A stretch of 64,000 nt of DNA from Candidatus Humimicrobiaceae bacterium (GTDB taxonomy: Bacteria > Patescibacteriota > Minisyncoccia > Minisyncoccales > DG-74-1). The translations under genes and the position numbers were made by a program. Below the pieces are notes generated by a model, which searched no databases, was not told where the DNA came from, and saw only the letters and a program-made list of their open reading frames with translations. Below are positions 30,172-36,112 of this stretch, one piece after another. The number at the start of each line of letters is the position of its first letter. The stretch's first letter is position 1. The stretch covers positions 31,673 through 95,672 of the forward strand of contig DATKUR010000006.1 of assembly GCA_035530555.1 (NCBI GenBank), written 5' to 3'.

Positions 30172-30432
30172 TTAAATTTGATTCTTATGAATAAAATTTC
30201 CTAAAACCTGGTTAATTTCTTCAATTAAGTGCGGATGCCAACGATAATCGTGAGCTGAATTAATTCTGCAAAGCTCTTTAGGCTCTGCGGCTGCTTCATA
30301 AGCCTCCATTACTACTTCCGGTTTTACTGTCTTGTCATGAATACCTAATATAAATAATTTTGGTTTAGCACAATCTTTAAGGTCTTCAAGGATATTATAA
30401 CGATCGGAATCCTCAAAAAAAGCAGAAGACAA
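30172..30432 (-). pseudogene. 3' fragment of an alpha/beta hydrolase gene (5' part missing)
   Basis: The 86-aa ORF covers only the C-terminal region (KPKLFILGIHDKTV...SAHDY). The nucleophile region is absent. Confidence 0.5.
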
Positions 30433-30581
30433 GCTTAAGGCTGAATTTTTTAAGAGTCTTTATAAGGCTTTCCAAAGAAATAAAGATGCTTGATAACAAA
30501 AAGTACATTCTCTTACAAGAATCGGTTGACGAAATTGGAAGAATGCTCGGTGGCTGGTTGCGTTCTATTAAATCAAGATAA
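30381..30581 (+). pseudogene. avd: C-terminal half of a DGR accessory variability determinant (Avd, four-helix-bundle family); 5' half missing
   Basis: The open frame has no start before M at 30486 and reads ...SLRLNFLRVFIRLSKEIKMLDNKKYILLQESVDEIGRMLGGWLRSIKSR*. From memory, the tail resembles the C-terminus of Bordetella phage BPP-1 Avd (...AEVGRILGSWIARVNRK). Confidence 0.55.
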
Positions 30582-30584
30582 TCA

Positions 30585-30613
30585 CAAAGGGCATCCATTA
30601 GGGATGCCCTTTG
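30585..30613. other. perfect 12-bp GC-rich hairpin between the avd remnant and TR
   Basis: caaagggcatcc-attag-ggatgccctttg. It lies 16 nt downstream of TR in minus sense and 4 nt downstream of the avd stop in plus sense. Confidence 0.8.
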
Positions 30614-30628
30614 TAGCTTGCGGAGAGA

Positions 30629-30758
30629 CTTCGGGAGAAACCCAGACACCGAGCCATAGTTGTCGTTGGCATTGTCGAACCAGTTCGTGTCGAACTTGAC
30701 CTTGCCGTCGTTGAAGTTGAAGTAGGGCGCGTTCGAGAAATCGCCATCAGCATCAGGT
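30629..30758 (-). repeat. DGR template repeat (TR)
   Basis: Gap-free 130-bp alignment to 31168-31297. All 17 differences are at TR sense-strand adenines. The TR is noncoding: an in-frame TAA lies immediately 5' of the homology. Confidence 0.9.
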
Positions 30759-31065
30759 TAATTGCCCCCGCTCGTCCATATCACCAGACCGTGAAGTTTA
30801 CTGCCCTAAGGCTTATATCTTTTTGGTCTTGAATTTTATTCGGCAGCATCCCGCCAGGGGCGGAAACCTGCACTAAGCAGAGGCAAGCAGTATCTCCTCA
30901 GCACAACACGCTCTTAGAAACCGTAGTCGCTAAGACTCTGGTTGTTTTTCTCCTAAAGAGAGAGTTCGGCGACAGCAATCCGTGAACTGCTGTACATTAG
31001 CCTAAGCTCATTTATAGTATAACAAAAGAAAGTTTAATTTTAAATACATTATTAAAAAAGAAAAT

Positions 31066-31097
31066 AGGGGTTATCCACTGAGATGTGAATAACCCCT
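31066..31097. terminator. bidirectional intrinsic terminator downstream of the DGR target gene
   Basis: aggggttat-ccactgagatgtga-ataacccct, flanked by an A-run on one side and TTTTTT on the other. Confidence 0.65.
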
Positions 31098-31164
31098 TTT
31101 TTGTGGCGGACGCAAGGACTCAAAATATCAAGAAGTCCAAGTATCCAAGTCTTCAAGGTTCTAC

Positions 31165-32031
31165 TTACTGCGGGAGAAACCCAGACACCGAGCCATAGAC
31201 GTCGTGGGCACTGCCGAACCAGCTCGCGCCGAACTCGACCTCGCCGTCGTAGAAGTAGAAGCAGGGCGCGTCCGAGAAACCGCCAACAGCATCAGGTGCG
31301 TACTCGTCGCCAGCACAGTCGATCCAGAGATCGTCATAATGCTGGAGTCGCTCGGGATGGGTCAGTAATATGCACCCGATCTCGAATGCGCCGAGTCCAA
31401 ACTCATTGGCCGTAAAGACCTCGCGAGCTCGACGGACACTGCGGCCCCTGTGACGGAAACCGAACTGAGCAGCCACGACCAGAATGTCGTAGCCCTTCTG
31501 CTGTTCAGCCAGCGTTTCGAGCTTCTTTACTGTACGCTCGTGCTGTCGGAGATATTGCACTCCGAGCTTGCCTTCGCGCCAGTTGTAGAACTTGCCCTTG
31601 CGCTGCTTCTTAATCAGCTCCAGCACTTTCTCCACTGCTTCATTGTAGGTCTTGGCGACCGACTGCCACTTCGGGATGGCGAACCATCCTTCAGCATTCG
31701 GCGGAAGCGGTTGCTCGACGAGCTTTTCATCGGCGAAGCCGATGCCAGGAAGGAGCTGACGCAGAATGTTGGTCTGCTCTGTGATGCCTTTGGGCTTGTA
31801 GCCCGACAGGTATCCGTATCTGGACTCCACTTCCTCGTCCGCAAACTGGTTGCTCACAGAGAGCTCCCTGATGCCAGCAATGATGCGAGCTTGAAACTCG
31901 TCACCATTCTCGATGAGCTTCTGAAGCCCATCCTTGTCGAGACCGACTTCGGCTAATGCCTTGTCGGCGGCATCCTCGACAAACCTCTTGTACTGCTTTG
32001 TCTGTCCTGACGTGATCGATTTTGTCGTCAT
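31165..32031 (-). CDS. DGR variable (target) protein, 288 aa, family unknown
   Basis: Long ORF that is GC-rich relative to its surroundings. Its last 43 codons form the VR. A strong SD GGAGGTGA lies 6 nt upstream of the ATG. Confidence 0.85.
   Translation of the reverse strand: MTTKSITSGQTKQYKRFVEDAADKALAEVGLDKDGLQKLIENGDEFQARIIAGIRELSVSNQFADEEVESRYGYLSGYKPKGITEQTNILRQLLPGIGFADEKLVEQPLPPNAEGWFAIPKWQSVAKTYNEAVEKVLELIKKQRKGKFYNWREGKLGVQYLRQHERTVKKLETLAEQQKGYDILVVAAQFGFRHRGRSVRRAREVFTANEFGLGAFEIGCILLTHPERLQHYDDLWIDCAGDEYAPDAVGGFSDAPCFYFYDGEVEFGASWFGSAHDVYGSVSGFLPQ
31168..31297 (-). repeat. DGR variable repeat (VR) at the 3' end of the target gene
   Basis: See the TR entry. The VR encodes PDAVGGFSDAPCFYFYDGEVEFGASWFGSAHDVYGSVSGFLPQ*, whereas the TR would encode PDADGDFSNAPYFNFNDGKVKFDTNWFDNANDNYGSVSGFLPK. 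Confidence 0.9.
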
Positions 32032-32093
32032 CGTCTATCACCTCCATATAGTTTTTTTACCCGAATCGCTCGGGCTTGACGGCTTGTCTCCCA

Positions 32094-32148
32094 ATGAGAC
32101 GAGCATTTTAGAAACCAGCTAATCTGACATCTAAAACGCTCGTCTCAT
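32094..32148 (-). promoter_or_regulatory. 19-bp hairpin in the 5' UTR of the DGR target gene
   Basis: The arms are atgagacgagcattttaga (32094-32112) and tctaaaacgctcgtctcat (32130-32148), with one G-U position and a 17-nt loop. Confidence 0.7.
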
Positions 32149-32189
32149 AGTTCTGAACCTATATTTCAAAGAACTTATATTACACTACA

Positions 32190-32217
32190 ATTATAGCAAA
32201 CTGTCAAAAAAAGTCAA
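32190..32217 (-). promoter_or_regulatory. promoter of the DGR target gene (TTGACT-16 nt-TATAAT)
   Basis: The minus-sense sequence reads TTGACTttttttgacagtttgcTATAAT. Confidence 0.55.
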
Positions 32218-32250
32218 GGTTATACAGATGGAAATAAAATCGTTTTATTC

Positions 32251-32355
32251 ATAAAAGTTCGATGTCCTAGCGGGGTACCGGAATAGTTTTCTCGAACTTT
32301 TTCAAAAATATGAGGCGGATCGGTCTCTCGAACCGCGCTCAAGGTAGCTGCGGGG
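32251..32355 (-). repeat. island repeat copy 3 (A+B), the native trailer of tRNA-Gln
   Basis: ataaaagttcgatgtcctagcggggtaccgg...tatgaggcggatcggtctctcgaaccgcgctcaaggtagctgcgggg aligns with copy 1. Confidence 0.85.
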
Positions 32356-32418
32356 CCTGGACTCGAACCAGGATACCATCTTCCAGAGAGATGTGTCCTA
32401 CCATTAGACGACCCCGCA
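32348..32418 (-). tRNA. tRNA-Gln (CUG)
   Basis: The reverse complement is TGCGGGGTCGTCTAATGGTAGGACACATCTCTCTGGAAGATGGTATCCTGGTTCGAGTCCAGGCCCCGCAG. It has a U1:A72 pair and the anticodon loop CTCTGGA. Confidence 0.85.
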
Positions 32419-32453
32419 ATACGTCTTATCGGCGCATCTGCCGAAGAAGGAGG

Positions 32454-33362
32454 TTATACTTTCAAGTACCTTCGGGTAGCGAGAAAACTGGAAATAACTC
32501 CAAGTAAAATTCCAGTGGCAAATTGAATCAAAATTATTTGCCAAAGATTGGTAACAAAAAATTGGAAAATATCCAAGTCAGCGAAGAAGATTTCGACCTT
32601 GGGACTTAAGGCCCAAATAGCTAGACTGAAAATTAAAAGACAAATCAAGGCAGCTAAAATCCCAGCTAATAATCCTTGCACTAAAAATGGGCCGCGGATA
32701 AACCAGCTACCGGCGCCGACCAGTCTTTGAATTTTTATCTCCTCTCTCAAATTATAAATGGCTAATCTAATGGTATTGAAAGTAACTAAAGCCGCCACCA
32801 AAGACAGAACTATTGAGAGAAAAAGAAAGCTTCTGTTAATAGTAGAAGTCAAAGAAAAGATCTTTTCAATAACTGACTTCCTTTGATAATAATCAACTTT
32901 TTCAATCAGGTCTATAAAATCGGAAGCTGCCAAAAAATTAGCAATAGCTTGGTATTGACCGGGTTCAGAAGCCATAATATTCAAAGAAGCCAAAAAAGGA
33001 TTACGACCGACCTCTGTCAAGCTAGCCATCAAAACTGGATTGTTTTTATGTCTTTCAGTGAAATCGGCCAGAGCCCTCTCTTGAGAAATATATTTTATTT
33101 CTTTAACTTCCGGAACCTTAGTTAGCTCTTCTCTAAATTCAAAAATATCGCTCTCTAATACCTCTTCTTTAAAATAAACCGAGATATCCGCTTTCTCCTC
33201 CACTGAAGAAATTAGAAATTGACTGAATCCGCGAAAAAGAAAAAGCGAGGTAGCTAAAGTAATGGCTAAAAGCAAAATAAAAACTGTAGCGACCGATAAT
33301 CCTCCATCCCGAAAAAAACCCTGCCAGCCCGATTTAGATATTCTTTTTAAACTGGTGAACAT
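32454..33362 (-). CDS. ftsX: cell division permease-like protein FtsX
   Basis: Four-TM FtsX topology, downstream of ftsE. I prefer the ATG at 33362 (MFTSLKRISKSGWQG). The track start at 33395 is a GTG inside a conserved noncoding repeat. Confidence 0.8.
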   Translation of the reverse strand: MFTSLKRISKSGWQGFFRDGGLSVATVFILLLAITLATSLFLFRGFSQFLISSVEEKADISVYFKEEVLESDIFEFREELTKVPEVKEIKYISQERALADFTERHKNNPVLMASLTEVGRNPFLASLNIMASEPGQYQAIANFLAASDFIDLIEKVDYYQRKSVIEKIFSLTSTINRSFLFLSIVLSLVAALVTFNTIRLAIYNLREEIKIQRLVGAGSWFIRGPFLVQGLLAGILAALICLLIFSLAIWALSPKVEIFFADLDIFQFFVTNLWQIILIQFATGILLGVISSFLATRRYLKV

Positions 33363-33484
33363 AGTGGTAATCCAGAGTTTATCGCTCGCCCTCACGGGCT
33401 CGCTCTTTAAAAACCCTCGGTTTTTAATATTTTCCTATATGGGGAAACCGTAGGGTTTCCCCGACCTCCTTCCGATATGGGTCA
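33363..33484 (-). repeat. structured GC-rich intergenic element, copy X (longer copy Y at 52039-52281)
   Basis: The minus-sense sequence is CATATCGGAAGGAGGTCGGGGAAACCCTACGGTTTCCCCATATAGGAAAA...AAACCGAGGGTTT...GAGCGAGCCCGTGAGGGCGAGCGAT...ACCACTATG. It shares blocks with the copy upstream of the 51379..52038 gene. Confidence 0.75.
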
Positions 33485-34165
33485 CTACAATATAAATCGG
33501 CCTTTCTCTTCGTCTCTGATTACTCTCCCGTTTTCCAGAGTAATTACTCTCTTCCCTAAAGAATTAATTGTTTCTTTATTATGAGTAGCTAAAATAATAG
33601 TTGTGCCCATTTCTTGAATTTTCAATAGAAGCCGAATGATGTCTAAGCTATGATAAGGATCAAGGTTGCCGGTCGGCTCGTCAGCCAAAATCACTTCCGG
33701 CCGATGAATCAAAGCCCGAGCAATAGCTGCCCGCTGACGTTCGCCGCCGGAGAGCTCTTCTGGAAAATTATTGGCTTTTTCGGTTAATCCGACAATTTCC
33801 AAGACCTTTGGAACGTCTCTAGTAATCTCTCGATCGGAAGCCCCAATAACCTCCAGAGCATAGGCAACGTTTTCATAGGTTGTTTTTGAAGGCAGCAATT
33901 TATAGTCCTGAAAGACTGCTCCGATTTCTCGCCTGAACTCGGGTAACTTCCCCGCTTTTATCTCAGCAATATTTTTCCCCTCAAAAAAAACTTTACCCTG
34001 GGTCGGCTTTTCCTCGGCCAATAAAAGCTTGAGCAAGGTTGTTTTTCCCGCCCCCGATTTTCCCACTACTGAAATGAACTCTTTTTCTTTAACATCAAAA
34101 GAAACATCTTCAACGGCAACAGTATTCCGGGAATAAATTTTAGTAACGTGTTGAAAAGAAATCAC
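33485..34165 (-). CDS. ftsE: cell division ABC ATPase FtsE
   Basis: Walker A GKSGAGKTT, signature LSGGERQR, and Walker B ILADEPTG. Confidence 0.9.
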   Translation of the reverse strand: MISFQHVTKIYSRNTVAVEDVSFDVKEKEFISVVGKSGAGKTTLLKLLLAEEKPTQGKVFFEGKNIAEIKAGKLPEFRREIGAVFQDYKLLPSKTTYENVAYALEVIGASDREITRDVPKVLEIVGLTEKANNFPEELSGGERQRAAIARALIHRPEVILADEPTGNLDPYHSLDIIRLLLKIQEMGTTIILATHNKETINSLGKRVITLENGRVIRDEEKGRFIL

Positions 34166-34173
34166 AATTAAAA

Positions 34174-35197
34174 TTAAAGTTCATTTTCTTTAATCTCGAC
34201 TTCTATAAATCCGTCTAATTTCCCGTCTAATATTTCTTCTACTTTTGATGTTTCAACGTTGGTTCTCAAGTCTTTCACTAACTTATAGGGATGCAAAACA
34301 TAACTTCTAATTTGATTACCCCATTCAATTGAAATTTTCTTGTTTTTTATTTTGGAAATTTCTTTCTTTTGTTCCTCTCCTCTCATCTGATAAAGTTTTG
34401 ACAAAAGCAAGCCTTGTGCTCTTTTTCTGTTTTCACCCTGTAATCTTTCCGACTGGCAGGAAACCGTTAGGCCGGTTGGCAAATGAGTAATTCTTACCGA
34501 TGTCTCTCTTTTGTTAACATACTGACCGCCGGGCCCGGATGCCCGGTAAAAATCAATTTTTAAGTCCTCCGGTCTGATTTTTATTTCCGACTCCTCAATC
34601 TTAATTTCCGGTAAAACCTCCACCAAGGCAAAAGAGGTATGGCGCAGTTTCTGAGTAGAAAAAGGGGAAATTCTTACCAGTCTATGGACTCCAGTTTCTT
34701 TCTTAAAAAAACCATAGGCGTATTTTCCTCTGATTTCCAAGGTCGCCTGCTTTGTACCGATTCTGCCTTCCGGGCCTCCGGCCTCGCCGAAGGATTGATG
34801 CAAAATTTTTGTCTTAAAGCCCTTAAAAGTAGAGTATCTCTCATACATTCTTAACAATATTGTCGCCCAATCTTGAGCGTCCTGACCGCCGGCTCCTGCG
34901 TAAACTGATAAAATAGCATTTCCCTGGTCATATTTTCCTGAAAGAAAAACCCGTAGCTCTATTCTCTTTAAATCTTCCTTGGTTTTAATATTTTCGAATT
35001 CGGAAATTTCCTGCTGGAGTTCTGATAATTCTTTAGTCACTTCCACGACTTTTTTTTGATCTTTCCAGAAATCCGGTTGCTGCATTTCCCGTTCCAATTC
35101 TCTTATTTTCTCTCTTTTTTTTCTTATGTCAAAGATGGTCCTCTAAAAAGAGGATTTTAGATTGTAAATCTTCTGGTCTGGCGCTTTCGTTTGCCAT
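34174..35197 (-). CDS. prfB: peptide chain release factor 2, requires programmed +1 frameshift (join 35197..35132 and 35130..34174)
   Basis: Frame 0 reads ATG...GAC CAT CTT TGA C, giving MANESARPEDLQSKILFLEDHL then stop. Shifting +1 at CTT_T gives DIRKKREKIRELEREMQQPDFW..., which continues into the 307-aa track ORF carrying the SPF and GGQ motifs. Confidence 0.9.
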
Positions 35198-35230
35198 ATT
35201 CTTGTTCATTTTATCATATCTTCGCCAAGA

Positions 35231-35263
35231 AGAAAAGCCGGCGGCCAGAGTCGAACCGACGGC
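35231..35263 (-). terminator. intrinsic terminator after the tRNA-Gly/tRNA-Thr pair
   Basis: The minus-sense sequence is GCCGTCGG-TTCGACTCTGG-CCGCCGGC followed by TTTTCTTCTT. Confidence 0.55.
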
Positions 35264-35282
35264 TTGCCCTGCCTCTTAAGTA

Positions 35283-35354
35283 AGCCGACTGTCGGGATTG
35301 AACCGACGACCTGCTGTTTACGAAACAGCTGCTCTACCACTGAGCTAAGTCGGC
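35283..35354 (-). tRNA. tRNA-Thr (CGU)
   Basis: The reverse complement is GCCGACTTAGCTCAGTGGTAGAGCAGCTGTTTCGTAAACAGCAGGTCGTCGGTTCAATCCCGACAGTCGGCT, with anticodon loop TTCGTAA. Confidence 0.88.
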
Positions 35355-35395
35355 ATAAAAGACAGGACTATTCTATTTTTAAGCTGTGCTGATTG

Positions 35396-35466
35396 AGCGG
35401 GATACGGGAATTGAACCCGTGTCTCAACCTTGGGAAGGTTGCATTGAACCACTCAACTAATCCCGC
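35396..35466 (-). tRNA. tRNA-Gly (CCC)
   Basis: The reverse complement is GCGGGATTAGTTGAGTGGTTCAATGCAACCTTCCCAAGGTTGAGACACGGGTTCAATTCCCGTATCCCGCT, with anticodon loop TTCCCAA. Confidence 0.85.
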
Positions 35467-35513
35467 ACCGAGACTCCATTCATAATTATATATTTAATAT
35501 ATATGGAGGCGAA

Positions 35514-35540
35514 GGTCGAAAAGAGCGCAAAGCGCTCTTT
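35514..35540 (-). terminator. intrinsic terminator after the ftsB-like gene
   Basis: The minus-sense sequence is AAAGAGCGC-TTT-GCGCTCTTT followed by TCGACC. Confidence 0.55.
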
Positions 35541-35545
35541 GAGCA

Positions 35546-35935
35546 TTAAAATCCTAATACCTCTAAAAACTTCTGCCAGGGGTTTTTTTCTTCAGCCGTT
35601 TTTTCTTTTTCAGTCGTCTCTTCTTCGGGCGGTACAACTATTACTGGAACCGACCCTGTTGGGAAATATCCTTCTTTATAAAGCTTTTCTATTTGATAAT
35701 CGTCGGTTTCGGTCTGCGTAATACCGGCTTGCAAGTTAGCGACTTGTTCTTCCAATACTTGAATTTCTTTCTTTAAGACCTGGCTCCTTTCTTGGAGTTC
35801 AGCCCTTCTTTGACTTATTCTCCAATTAGTAACGGCCAGAGATCCGATTAGGCCGACCGCCAAAAATACCAGAAAAATCGAGAAAATTACCGCCGGCCAA
35901 GATCTCTTTTTAGATCTTTTAAAATTTGCTACCAT
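35546..35935 (-). CDS. septum formation initiator (FtsB/DivIC-like)
   Basis: 129-aa ORF with a single N-terminal TM segment followed by a coiled coil (LQERSQVLKKEIQVLEEQVANLQ). Confidence 0.6.
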   Translation of the reverse strand: MVANFKRSKKRSWPAVIFSIFLVFLAVGLIGSLAVTNWRISQRRAELQERSQVLKKEIQVLEEQVANLQAGITQTETDDYQIEKLYKEGYFPTGSVPVIVVPPEEETTEKEKTAEEKNPWQKFLEVLGF

Positions 35936-35941
35936 AAATTA

Positions 35942-36043
35942 ATGAGAATTAAACCGAAAATTATTTTCAAAATAGTTTGGGCTATTTTAGTTTCTCTGGT
36001 AATTTTAGGGATGGTTGTCTGGCTTTTTGCTCCTTTGTTTTAA
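35942..36043 (+). CDS. possible 33-aa small membrane peptide
   Basis: MRIKPKIIFKIVWAILVSLVILGMVVWLFAPLF, a single TM segment. There is no other support. Confidence 0.2.
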   Translation: MRIKPKIIFKIVWAILVSLVILGMVVWLFAPLF

Positions 36044-36112
36044 GTATACCAGAAAGTTACTTATTATTTAAGAAGTGAATCTTTCTTCTCTTCTGTCTTG
36101 CCAGAGTAAAAA

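Noticed and set aside
30413-30699. ORFs 30413..30649 (minus) and 30490..30699 (plus)
   Set aside because: The minus ORF is read-through from the TR copy (it starts ...SGFLPK) into unrelated sequence. The plus ORF is antisense to TR. Neither is likely to be a real gene.
31101-31956. Plus-strand ORFs 31101..31415 (Arg-rich) and 31450..31956, and minus ORF 31614..31844
   Set aside because: They are antisense or out-of-frame ORFs inside the GC-rich DGR target gene. Such shadow ORFs are typical of GC-rich sequence.
33363-33395. Upstream GTG start for ftsX (track ORF start 33395)
   Set aside because: That extension (MRASDKLWITT) reads through a noncoding element that is conserved, together with the ATG context ACCACTATG, at another locus. 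I prefer the ATG at 33362.
35128-35134. Alternative genetic code (UGA reassignment), as in some candidate phyla
   Set aside because: Both prfA and prfB are present. prfB uses UGA as the regulatory stop at its frameshift site, and the long ORFs end normally at all three stops. The standard code fits.
35231-35263. 3' half of a tRNA (GGTTCGACTC T-loop-like) after tRNA-Thr(CGU)
   Set aside because: There is no 5' half. The sequence folds as an 8-bp stem followed by a U-rich tract, so it is a terminator for the tRNA pair.
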